Positions 19,592 to 29,974 of a stretch of 64,000 nucleotides of DNA are shown piece by piece. Within the stretch, counting starts at the first letter, position 1. Each line of letters opens with the position of its first letter. Location of the stretch: assembly GCA_965237955.1 (NCBI GenBank), contig OZ250169.1, positions 7,296,001 to 7,360,000 on the forward strand. Reading direction: 5' to 3'. Both the position numbers and the translations under genes were made by a program. The notes beneath the pieces are model-generated. The model was not told the origin of the DNA. It saw nothing but the letters and a program-made list of their open reading frames with translations, and made no database searches. This stretch comes from Candidatus Marinacidobacterales bacterium (GTDB taxonomy: Bacteria > Acidobacteriota > Vicinamibacteria > Marinacidobacterales > SMYC01).

Positions 19592-19752
19592 GTGATCTCC
19601 TGATTCGAGCCGGTATCGCGCTCGAACGGGAAAAGTTGCCTATGTGGGGAGGGGCCAGGATCCTTCCCATCCAGTGTGCCTAACGGGATTGCCCACGTCA
19701 AACCCGAGTCCATCAGTTGATTTCCTGGCCCGCTCACTGCTAGCCTTTCCAC

Positions 19753-20127
19753 ATGCGTTCCAAAACGGCTTTCCGGACTTTGTGCACATTCACCTTGGGC
19801 CTCGTTTTCCTGACCTCCTGTTCGGAGAGTAAGAAAGACCCTCCGGCTCGCGAGCACGTGGAGCCCCTTCTGCAACAGGAGGCGGATACCATGAAGCGTG
19901 AAGGCGAGTCCGACGTCAACCCATCGCTCGGCGTCACCATCACGTGGACGGTTCAATCCGTCGCCATTCGCGAGCAGCTCGAAAACGAAGCCGAGCCATG
20001 GGCGGGAACGATTCGGTTCGTCATCGAGAGCGAGATGCCCGAGCTCGACGGCACCGCGACGGAGCGATTCGAGCGGAGCTACGACTACGTGTGGGAGCTC
20101 GAGCACGAGCGCTGGGTGATGCGTTAG
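19753..20127 (+). CDS. Hypothetical lipoprotein
   Basis: Lipobox-like FLTSC with typical codon usage. Confidence 0.75.
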   Translation: MRSKTAFRTLCTFTLGLVFLTSCSESKKDPPAREHVEPLLQQEADTMKREGESDVNPSLGVTITWTVQSVAIREQLENEAEPWAGTIRFVIESEMPELDGTATERFERSYDYVWELEHERWVMR

Positions 20128-20316
20128 TCTGGACTGCAGTTCGGTATACGGCATACGGCATACGGGTCAAACCAGGCCCTGCCTCTCGAAGGCTCGTAGC
20201 GGCGATGGGGCGCTGTCGCCTGCGGGCGGCACGGCCTGAGGTGAACCGTATACCGATGGCCCGATGCCGAATGACGATTCAACCCCTATAATTGAAGCAA
20301 CCCTGAAAACTCGACC

Positions 20317-21834
20317 ATGAAATCTGTCACTACGCTTTTCCTCGGCGCCACCATCGTGTCTTCGATGCTCGCGAGTGCCGAGGAAACCAAAACCTCGCCA
20401 CAACAACCGCAGGCCGGTGAATCCGTCATTCTGTTCCTGCTCGACAATTCAGCGAGCCTACCGCCTCTCGATCCCGACACCAAGCGTCGCGACGCTATCG
20501 AGAAAATCTATTCGTTCTTGAAAGGACAGCCTTACCGCCTCATCCTGTTCGGCGGCCGCAACGAGATCTACGTCGACGCGCCGCAGCACTACCGCAACGC
20601 CGGGAAATGGACCGACTTCTTCTTTGCATTCCAGGCGGTGCGCGAAGTCGCCGCGGAGTATCCCGACGATACCGACCTCAAAGTGGTGCTGATCACCGAC
20701 GGGATGATCGACCCGTCGCCTCGAGAATGGCGTGACCAATCGATTCCTAAAGGTGTGGACTTGAGGGCGGAAGCGGGTTCTCGAACGGTGCGGCTGCTGG
20801 AGAATCTACGACTCCCTCTCTACGTGATCCTCATTGGCGAGGAAGTGGACTACGAGTTGATCCAGAGAATGGTGGTCGGTGCGAACGGCTCGATCGCGGC
20901 GAGCGATTACGCTCAAGGCATCGCCGATTTTTTCGACGACGACGGAGTTCTCTTGCGTCGATTCATCTTTCGCCTCGAAGCGGAAGAAGGTCTCGAAGAG
21001 ATCGAGCCGATCGTCACCCGCATCGCGACCCCGCCTGCACCGAGAGTGGAGTTCGGGATTGCGGGCGTACTGTTCGGCGTGATCGCCCTTCTGGTCGGCG
21101 CCGGCGTCCGTTCGTTCCCCGGCTCCGGCGACCGTGAGATCGTCGAGCTGAGTACGGGAAACTCGCTCCAGGTTGCCGTCGACCGACTGCGCCGGGTGGC
21201 GGATGGTCCGAAATGGAGCTGGAAAGGCCTGTCGCTCGTCGAGTCTTCGAAACAGGCAGCGGCGATGCTGACGGCGAAGGAGCACTCGACCGAGCTCCCG
21301 CCGATGGGGTTCGATATCGATGGCACCGATGAAATCGCTCGCTCACTCATCGAGCTTCCTCTCGACGATCTTCGTGAGGGTATCGAGTATCTCTCGAAGG
21401 AAGGGAGCAAGGACGAACAGATCTACGCCCTCAACCTCGAATACGTTGCCCGCGACATGGAAGAGGCTTTGGTGGAGCGGCTCATTACAGCTGCGCCAGC
21501 CGAGCGGTCGAAGTTCGGCGCGCTCGACTTCCTGCGCGCGAAGGTCCACCTTCTCCACAACGACAAGCTCAACAAGAAGCTCACCGGGCCCACGATCGAC
21601 TGCAAGATCTATGGAGTGAACGCCCAGGAGTACGAGCTCCGTTACGGCAGCAAGGTCAAGCTCGGCCGCTACGAGTTCCGCGTCGACGAGCTCGGGATGG
21701 GCGGCCGCAAGGATGTGAAGCTCGGCCTTACCTACGAAAACGTCCCCTCGCCGCTTTTTCTCAAACGCTTCATCCCAGGAAAGATTCAGCGAGCGCTCCG
21801 CCTACGGCGGAGTCATGAGCGCATCGTCCGTTAG
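20317..21834 (+). CDS. Membrane-anchored vWA-domain protein with an unknown C-terminal domain
   Basis: Signal peptide, MIDAS DNSAS and LITDG, then a central TM segment (FGIAGVLFGVIALLVGAGV). Confidence 0.8.
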   Translation: MKSVTTLFLGATIVSSMLASAEETKTSPQQPQAGESVILFLLDNSASLPPLDPDTKRRDAIEKIYSFLKGQPYRLILFGGRNEIYVDAPQHYRNAGKWTDFFFAFQAVREVAAEYPDDTDLKVVLITDGMIDPSPREWRDQSIPKGVDLRAEAGSRTVRLLENLRLPLYVILIGEEVDYELIQRMVVGANGSIAASDYAQGIADFFDDDGVLLRRFIFRLEAEEGLEEIEPIVTRIATPPAPRVEFGIAGVLFGVIALLVGAGVRSFPGSGDREIVELSTGNSLQVAVDRLRRVADGPKWSWKGLSLVESSKQAAAMLTAKEHSTELPPMGFDIDGTDEIARSLIELPLDDLREGIEYLSKEGSKDEQIYALNLEYVARDMEEALVERLITAAPAERSKFGALDFLRAKVHLLHNDKLNKKLTGPTIDCKIYGVNAQEYELRYGSKVKLGRYEFRVDELGMGGRKDVKLGLTYENVPSPLFLKRFIPGKIQRALRLRRSHERIVR

Positions 21835-21883
21835 TCTGCCAAGGACGAAGAAAACCCGTAGAATGCTGCCGGAGGACCACAGG

Positions 21884-22513
21884 TTGAACGGATCAAAGAT
21901 TCAAGCAGCACCGAATGGACCTTACCTCGTACATAACTCGCCGCCATTGAAGAATTCCAAAGGCGGCGATCTCGCGACCCGAGAGGTCACCGCGCTCTGC
22001 CGCTGCGGAAAGTCCGACAATAAACCGTATTGCGACGGCGCGCATGCGAAAGTCGGGTTTTCTTCGGAACGCGAAGCAGATGGATCGAACGACACGTGGG
22101 ACGTGTACGCCGGAAAGGCGATCACCCTCCATGACAACCGGGGTGTCTGCGCGCATTCAGCGATATGCACAGGAGGACTGAGCTCCGTGTTCAAGTACGG
22201 TGAAGAGCCGTGGATCGATGCGGACGGTGCGGACGTCGCGGCGATCGAAAAACAAGTCGCGGCCTGCCCGTCAGGCGCGCTGAAGTATACCGCCGGCGGT
22301 ACCGAGCACGGCGATTTCGGAAACGACCCCCTCATCTACGTTGCGAAAAACGGCCCGTACGCGGTGAAGGGCGGTGTGGAGCTCGAGGACTCGGTGACGG
22401 GACAGGTACCGAAGTCGAGAGACCACTACACGCTCTGCCGCTGTGGCGGCTCGAAGAACAAACCCTTTTGCGACGGGACGCATTGGCAGGGTTTCACCGA
22501 CGACAAAAACTAG
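21884..22513 (+). CDS. CDGSH iron-sulfur protein with two CDGSH domains and a central divergent 4Fe-4S domain
   Basis: LCRCGKSDNKPYCDGAH, CAHSAIC...CPSGAL, LCRCGGSKNKPFCDGTH. Confidence 0.92.
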   Translation: MNGSKIQAAPNGPYLVHNSPPLKNSKGGDLATREVTALCRCGKSDNKPYCDGAHAKVGFSSEREADGSNDTWDVYAGKAITLHDNRGVCAHSAICTGGLSSVFKYGEEPWIDADGADVAAIEKQVAACPSGALKYTAGGTEHGDFGNDPLIYVAKNGPYAVKGGVELEDSVTGQVPKSRDHYTLCRCGGSKNKPFCDGTHWQGFTDDKN

Positions 22514-22692
22514 CCCCGCTCGAATACGATCTGCTCGAGCGCACTTCGCCCGAGCGCTACGTCGCTTTCGTCCCTGGCGTCGATGAGCACGCCGTCAGGC
22601 GCTTTCGTTCCTACGCGCGCCGCGTCGGGAAAACTGACGAAGTCCTGCATATCGCCGTCGAGAGGAAAATGCTTGTAGTTGTACTCGGCCAT
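22510..22692 (-). pseudogene. Truncated thioredoxin-fold (deiodinase/peroxiredoxin-like) protein, N-terminus
   Basis: YNYKHF...VGTKAPDGVLIDA resembles the redoxin N-terminal G-x-x-AP-D motif. It ends before any redox motif. Confidence 0.45.
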
Positions 22693-22718
22693 GGTGCGGA
22701 TCTATAGCACGAAACCGA

Positions 22719-24548
22719 TCAGCTCGAGCCGCGGAGGAGCTCGAGGAACGTAACCCCGTACTTCTCGAGCTTGGCGGCGCCGACGCCGCCGACTTCGGCA
22801 AGCGCGGCGAGAGTCTGCGGTCGCTCGCGAGCCATCTCGACGAGAGTTCGATCGTGGAAAATCACGTAAGGGGGTACGCTTTGCGCGAGCGCAAGGGCGA
22901 GGCGTTTTTGCCGCAGCAATTCGAATAGCTCTTGCTCTCGAGCGGATGTCAGCACGATGTCGACGGTAGAACCGGTGCTCGATTTCGATTTACCTCTTTG
23001 ACTTTTGACCGGCGTCGGATCCAGGCGAAGACGGAAGCTCTGGTCGCCCTTCAGCAGAGGCCACGCTCGCTCGGGAAGACATAGACCGCCGTGCTCTGGC
23101 TCGACATCGAGCATGCCGGCCGCAATCAACTGGCGGTAGACGCTCATCCATCCGTTCCGGTTCATCTCGCGTCCGATGCCGAACGTGGAGATACGAGTGT
23201 GTCCGTTTCTCGCGACGCGCGCGTCGGACGCGCCGACGAGGACGTCTGCGAGATACGCCGCGCCGAATCGTTGGCCGGTGCGGTAGACGTTCGACAGCGC
23301 TTTTTGCGCTTCGGTCGTACCATCGAACGATTCGACCGGGTTGGTGCACGTGTCGCAATTCCCGCACGCTCCGGGGTGGTCTTCGCCGAAGTAGCGCAAG
23401 ACCACCGCGCGGCGGCACTCGGCACTCTCGCAATAGCCAAGAAGAGCGTTCAGCTTGAGATGCTCGATGCGCTTGCGCTCGGCGGGCGCGTCGGATCGCT
23501 CGACCAATTGCCGGATCAAAACCGCGTCGCCGTAGCCGTACGTCATCCACGCATCGGATGGAAGGCCGTCGCGACCCGCGCGCCCGGTCTCCTGGTAGTA
23601 GGCTTCGAGGCTCTTGGGTACATCGAGGTGCGCGACGAAGCGCACGTCGGGCTTGTCGATACCCATCCCGAACGCGATGGTTGCCACGACCACGACTCCG
23701 GCTTCGTTCGAGAACCGCTTTTGGTACGCTTGGCGCACGGCTTTGTCCAGACCCGCGTGGTACGGGAGCGCCGATACCCCCTCACGGACGAGCCATTCGG
23801 CCGTTTGCTCGACTTTTTTGCGGCTCATGCAATAGACGATGCCGCTCTCACCACTGTGCCGGGAGCGAATGAATCTCAGTAGTTGCTGCCGTGCGCTCGC
23901 CTTGGGTACGACCTCGTAGCGGAGGTTGGGCCGGTCGAAGCCGGAGATGAACACGTCTTCCTCGGAAAGGTCGAGATGCGTCAAAATCTCGCTCCTCGTG
24001 GGAGCATCGGCGGTCGCGGTCAGTGCGATCCGCGGTACGTCGGGATAGCGCTGGTGCAAGACGTCGAGCTTTCGATACTCCGGCCGGAAATCGTGCCCCC
24101 ACTGGCTGACACAGTGCGCCTCGTCGATAGCGAAAAGCGCTAATCGGCAATCATCCAAGCGTTCCAGAAACGCATTTCTCGCCAATCGCTCGGGAGCGAC
24201 GTAGATGAGATCGTATCGCCCTTGGACCATGCCGTCTTCGACTCGCCGGGCCAGGTGCGGTTCGAGGGTCGAGTTGACGAACGCCGCCCGAACGCCGGCC
24301 TCGGTGAGAGCAGCGACCTGATCCTGCATCAGCGCGATGAGCGGCGAAATGACGACGCCCACGCCCTCGCGCGCGATGGCCGGGATCTGATAGCACAGAC
24401 TCTTGCCTCCGCCGGTCGGCATCAATACGAGGGCGTCGCCGCCGCCGACGACACGGGTGATGATGCGTTCTTGCTGGCCCCGGAAGCTCCGATACCCGAA
24501 GACGTTTCCCAGGATCTCGGTCGGGACCCGGCTCACCGTTTCGTTCAA
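22719..24548 (-). CDS. recQ: ATP-dependent DNA helicase RecQ
   Basis: [36 protein letters not shown] zinc cysteines, HRDC domain (PPYVIFHD). Confidence 0.97.
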   Translation of the reverse strand: MNETVSRVPTEILGNVFGYRSFRGQQERIITRVVGGGDALVLMPTGGGKSLCYQIPAIAREGVGVVISPLIALMQDQVAALTEAGVRAAFVNSTLEPHLARRVEDGMVQGRYDLIYVAPERLARNAFLERLDDCRLALFAIDEAHCVSQWGHDFRPEYRKLDVLHQRYPDVPRIALTATADAPTRSEILTHLDLSEEDVFISGFDRPNLRYEVVPKASARQQLLRFIRSRHSGESGIVYCMSRKKVEQTAEWLVREGVSALPYHAGLDKAVRQAYQKRFSNEAGVVVVATIAFGMGIDKPDVRFVAHLDVPKSLEAYYQETGRAGRDGLPSDAWMTYGYGDAVLIRQLVERSDAPAERKRIEHLKLNALLGYCESAECRRAVVLRYFGEDHPGACGNCDTCTNPVESFDGTTEAQKALSNVYRTGQRFGAAYLADVLVGASDARVARNGHTRISTFGIGREMNRNGWMSVYRQLIAAGMLDVEPEHGGLCLPERAWPLLKGDQSFRLRLDPTPVKSQRGKSKSSTGSTVDIVLTSAREQELFELLRQKRLALALAQSVPPYVIFHDRTLVEMARERPQTLAALAEVGGVGAAKLEKYGVTFLELLRGSS

Positions 24549-24647
24549 ATCGCCTCCATTTCGATGCAATGATACCGCGCAACTATAAGCCTTCGGCAAA
24601 GTGCGCAGTTGTTCGGGGCCTTGTGAAACGGGGACGGGCAGGGGGGC

Positions 24648-27600
24648 TTACGAGCCTCGGGGTTGCCACCGAACTTCCGCAAGGTAGTCAGCGAGCTCGT
24701 TCGCGACGCGCTTGACGTCATCCGCTTGCGATCGTGACGCTGCATGTTAGAGAGACGCTCCATGAGAGCTGATGATCTCGAACCCGTAACCTTTGCCGGT
24801 CCCTTTCATGTTGTGTCCGATACGGCGGACCGACTCGATATCGCGCTGGTTGACGAGCTCCAGCACGAGCGTGGCGTTTTTTTGCTGGTTCTCCAGAAAA
24901 CGCGCCACCAGATCCTGGATGTCGGGATCCACGATCACGACCCCGGCCGGCGCGTCGGTGGCCTCAGGCTCGGCGACGTCTTCGACGTCTTCATCGACCC
25001 GGAGCTTCACGTGCTTTGCGACGATAGCGTTCAGGGTCTTGCGCACGAGTGGTTTCTGGATCACGGTCGTACACCCCGCCTCGGTACAACGTGCGAGCTC
25101 CCGAGTGTCGCTGTGGGCCGTCATTGCGATGATCGGAACCGCGTCACCGTCGGGAAGCGAGCGAATCGTCCGCGCGGTCTCGAAACCGTTCAGTACGGGC
25201 ATCTCCATGTCCAGAAGCACGAGCGAAACGTCCTGCCGTTCGAAGGTGTCGAGGGCTTCACGGCCGTTGTTCGCGAACATGAGTCGATAGTCGCCCCCGA
25301 GCATCAAGAAGCGTTTCACGATGAGCCGATTCTCGGGGGCGTCGTCGGCGACGAGGACCAGTGGACGGCGATCGACCCATTGGTCTACGACGGCGAGGAA
25401 GCGATCCTTCTTGAACGGCTTCGAGACGTAGTCGTCCATACCGGCGTCGAGGCACCGGTCGCGGAAACCTTCGGTCGCGTGCGCGGTCAGCGCGACGATC
25501 GGGACCCGATTGGGCGCCACTTCACGAGCTCGGATTTCCTCGGTCGCCTGAAACCCGTCCATCACCGGCATCCATCAGGTCCATGATGATGAGGTCGTAC
25601 AGTGTTTGTCCGGCCATCGTCACCGCCTCGCGCCCGTTTTCGGCAGTGTCGACACGCGCCCCCGAGTTTTCGAGCACCCGCTCAGCGAGCTTCTGGTTGT
25701 CGCGGTTGTCCTCCACGAGCAGGATGCGAAACGGCGCCGTGTCCTCTACATCTTGCGCGCTCGGAGCCGGCTCGCTCACGGCGGTATCGAGACTCTGGGC
25801 GCGTAACCCGAGAGCACGAACCACGGTTTCGGCGAGCCGCCGCTGGCGAATCGGCTTCACCACGAGGTGTGGGCATGTCTCGGTGAGAACGGTCGATGAG
25901 CTCGCACCGATCGAAGCCAGGAGCAACAGCTCACGAAGAGGTGGTTGGCGGAGCTTTTTGAGTGTGTCCAAGTCGATTTGTTGCGGGCGGTGCTCGAGAA
26001 CCGTCAGCGTTTGTCGAGCGCCCGCCGCCGCGAGCTTCGCATGGAGCTCGTCGAGCGAGCTGACGAGCTCGACCTCGAGCCCCCAGGCGATGAAGAGACG
26101 CGCGAGCGTGCGCCGGCGCTTTTCCTGTTCGACCCAGAGGAGAATCTTCGCCTTGGCATCGGCCAACTGGGCGCGATGGCGCGCCGAGTTGGGCTCCGTG
26201 TCCGAGGGCGATTCGGTCGAGATGCTCACCCGGAACGTGCTGCCTTTGCCCTCGTCGCTGGTGAAATCGATGCGGCCGCCCATGAGATCGACGAGCGATC
26301 GCGAGATGTTGAGCCCGAGCCCGGTGCCGCCGAACTTGCGCGTCGTCGAGCTCTCCGCCTGGTAGAACTTCGAGAACAGCTTTTCCTGTTTGTCTTTGGG
26401 AATGCCGACGCCGGTGTCGGTCACGACGAAGACGAGGTCGACGCGATCCCCGGGCTTCCAGTCTTCGACTTCGACGGAAAACTGCACCGAGCCCTGTTCG
26501 GTGAACTTGACGGCGTTGCCCACGAGGTTGAGGAGGACTTGTCTCACCCGCTTCGGGTCACCGACGATCTCCATCGGCAAGTGTGGGTCGACGTCGAGGA
26601 CTAGCTCGACGTCCTTGGAGGCGGCGCGAACGTTCAAGGATTCGGCGACTTCGTCGGCGAGCTCACGCGGATCGAACGGGATCTGTTCGAGATCCATTCG
26701 GTTGGCTTCGATCTTGGATAAATCGAGAACGTCGTCGATGAGCCTCAGGAGGTTTTCGGAGTTCGACTGGATAGTTCTGAGGAACTCGTGTTGCTCGGCG
26801 CTCAGTTTCGTATCGAGCGACAGCTCGGTCATACCGAGAATCGCATTGAGCGGCGTTCTCAGCTCGTGGCTCATCATCGCGAGAAAGCTGCTCTTGGCGG
26901 CGTTCGCTTTTTCGGCTTCGAATTTGGCGTTGAGGATCTCGGATTCGGCGCGCTTGCGTTCGGTGACGTCTCGGTACTGCCACAGGTGGGCCCGGTAGTT
27001 TTGGTTCACGATGGGAACGAAGTCGCGGGCGAAGACGCGACCATCGGCGAGAGTCAGCTCTTCATTGCGAACCAATGTGTGCGACGAGAGAATGTTCTCG
27101 ACGCGCCTCAGGAAGTCGTCGGGCGCGGGGAACATGTCCTTGCACTGGTCGAGCAACGTCCGTGAGTCGGCACCGGCGAGCGCTGACGGAGGGACGGGAA
27201 TGTCGAGCATCTGACAGAGCGTCTGGTTCGCGAGTACGACGCGGCGATCGTCATCTTCGAACAGGATGCCGACTTGCAGGTTTTGGAGCAGACCTTCGAG
27301 CCGTGCCGTCGTCGCGATGATGGCATCTTCCGCTTGTTTCCTCTCCGAGATTTCGCGTGCAAAAACACAGTGGTACTCCTGGCCGCGGAAGCTCAGGAAA
27401 CTGATGGTCACTTCCACGGGGAAGCTGCGACCGTCTTTCGTGCGATAGATCGTTTCCGTCGTGAATCGCTCGAGCGCTTTGACCTGCTCCCAGTGCGCGG
27501 GCCATTCGCTGCGGTCGAGCGTGATGTCGACGTCGTAGATCGAGATTGATAGGAGCTCGTCTCGGGTATAGCCGAGATCGTCGCACGCTGCGTCGTTCAC

Positions 27601-28179
27601 GTAGCGAAGTCGCCCGTCGGAAGCGATCCAGAACACCGAGTCCGCCGCCTTGTCGACCGAGAACTGTGTCAGCTTCAGCGTCTCTTCGAGACGCTTCATC
27701 TCGGTGATGTCCTGCGCGTGACCGACTACGCATGGTTCCTGCCCTGGCTCCTTCAGCCGTGAGTTGTGAAACGCCCAGGTGCGAGCCTCGCCGTCGCGCC
27801 GGCGGACGGTGATGACACCACTCACCGTAGGCTCGTTCGCAACCTTTTCGAGGTAGTCTTCGAACCGCGTGCGCTGGCGAGGCTCGAGGAACTCGCTGAG
27901 GTTCCTTCCAACCATTTCTTCCTGGCGGTAGCCGAGGTTTTTCGCAGCCGATTGATTTACCGAGAGGAGCACTCCGTTGAGGTCGTGACTGCAGATGAAC
28001 GCGCCGCTCGACTCCATGAGCTGGCGATAGCGACGCTCGCTGTCGAGAAGCGCCAGAAGAACTTCAGGTCGAAGCTCGTGCTCTCGGAGTGTGGAGCTAG
28101 GGTTGGCGAAGACGCGTTGGAGCTCGCGAATGCGCGCCTCGACCTCGCGCTCACGCGGGAGAGAAGGTGTCTTGCTCAC
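24648..28179 (-). CDS. Hybrid PAS sensor histidine kinase (PAS x3-HisKA-HATPase-REC-REC-Hpt), interrupted by a +1 frameshift near 25572 and an in-frame TAA at 24747-24749
   Basis: SHELRTPL, NLVGNAVKFT, GGTGLGL, receiver MD-x-MP-x-x-DG motifs and Hpt GHNMKGTG. The Hpt helix continues past the TAA as HAASRSQADDVKRVANELADYL. Confidence 0.88.
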
Positions 28180-28202
28180 GGTGTCCTACCCCGTCCTCGG
28201 GG

Positions 28203-29682
28203 CTAGTCTCGGAGCTTGTGGGCCTTGAGTTTGCGATAGAGCGTCGTTCGACCGATACCGAGGATGCGCACGACCTGGGAGAGATTGCCGTTGGCCTCGA
28301 CCAGCGCCTGTTTGATGGCACGGCGCTCGAGCTCCTTGAGATCGAGCGTATCGAGAGGTGACGCGGAACCACCTGCGGTGGCGGTCGACGTCGCCGCTGC
28401 CGCCGCCGCCGCTGGGACGGGCGGTACCGGCTCGGCGACGGACGGAGCGCTCCCCTCGTCCGGCTCGCTGGCAGAAAGCCGCGGCGGAAGGTCGTCGGGC
28501 TCGATGGTGTTGCCTTTGGCGATCAGCAGACAACGCTGCACGATGTTCTCGAGCTCACGCACGTTGCCGGGCCAGTTGTAAGCTTTGAGAAGATCGACAA
28601 CCTCGCGCGACAGTAGCGGTCGCGGCTGGCCTTTGGGTTTTGTAGCGGTCGAGGAATCGCTCGGCAAGTATGATCACATCGTCATCGCGTGCGCGCAGCG
28701 GCGGGACTTCGAGCTCGAAGACAGCGATGCGAAAGTAGAGGTCTTCGCGGAAGCGGCCTTTCTTGACCTCTTGGAGAAGATCGCGATGGGTCGCGGCGAT
28801 GAGACGAAAATCGGAGCGCACTTGCGTCGAGCCGCCAACGCGATGGAAACGCTTTTCTTGAATCGCGCGCAGCAGCTTGGCTTGAAGCGTCAAGCTGAGC
28901 TCCGCGACCTCGTCCATGAACAGGCATCCGCCGTCGGATTGCTCGAACTTTCCGATGTGACGGCTGACGGCACCGGTAAACGCGCCCTTCTCGTGTCCGA
29001 AGATTTCCGATTCTTGAAGAGTCTCGGGGATGGCGGCGCAGTTCAACGCAACGAACGGGCCGGAGCTGCGGCCACTCGACTCGTAGATCGCCTGGGCAAC
29101 GAGCTCTTTGCCGCTTCCGCTTTCACCGTGGACGAGGATGGTGATGTCGCTCGCCGCGACACGGTCCATCTGACGGTACAGCTCTTTCATCTGCGGCGAA
29201 TCGCCGACGATGTTCTGGTAACCTTCGCCTTCGACTTCGCGCTCGAGCTGGCGCAAGCGCATCGACATGCGGTAGTGCTCGACTGCATTGCCGACGGTGG
29301 TGATGAGCTTGGTACGATCGATGGGCTTGACGATGTAGTCGTAGGCGCCGCGTTGCATCGCGCCGACGACGCTATCGACGGCGTGATCGGCGGTCAGGAT
29401 GATGACCGGAAGCTGGCTTTGCCTCTCTTTGATGAGCTCGAGCGTCTCGAAGCCGCCGATGCCGGGCATGCTGAGATCCAAGCAAATCGCGTCCGGCATC
29501 ATCGCACCGAGAGCAGCCAGGAAGCTCTCGCCGTCGTGGAACACCACGACACGATGACCCGCTCTCTCAAGGAACCGCTCGACAAGATCGCACAAGTTGC
29601 GATCGTCGTCGACGAGCACGACGAGGCGTTTCCGCTCGTCGTGAGTCTGCTTCTGGTCGCTTACGAGGCTCGTGCTACTCAT
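28203..29682 (-). CDS. Sigma54-dependent NtrC-family response regulator (REC-AAA+-Fis HTH), frameshifted near 28638-28641
   Basis: GESGSGKE, GAFTGA, FREDLYFRI in one frame, and WPGNVRELEN...LGIGRTTLYRKL in the next. Confidence 0.9.
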
Positions 29683-29974
29683 GTCGCTTACTAATGACTC
29701 AGTATACGAGAGTCTCATTTCAGCTTCCAGCCAGCCTTCGCCGGGACGCTGAACGGAGTTTCAGAGGGTGGGCTACCCGCTTTCCGCTGTCCGGTTTTGC
29801 ATGGATCTGAGAACAACGGAGAGCGGGAAGCGGATAGCGGGTAGCCACATCCGTCCCGCGCGAAGCGTGGGCTTCAGGAGGGGCCTCCCCTGCAGTCTCG
29901 GTGAGAAGGACAAGACTTCAGGGGAGGCTAGTCGGGCCGAGGGGGTCGTCTCGGACCCGAGGCTCTTCATGACT

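Noticed and set aside
24747-24749. Stop-codon recoding in the Hpt domain
   Set aside because: It is a single TAA, and TAA terminates other genes in the window. A point mutation or sequence error is simpler.
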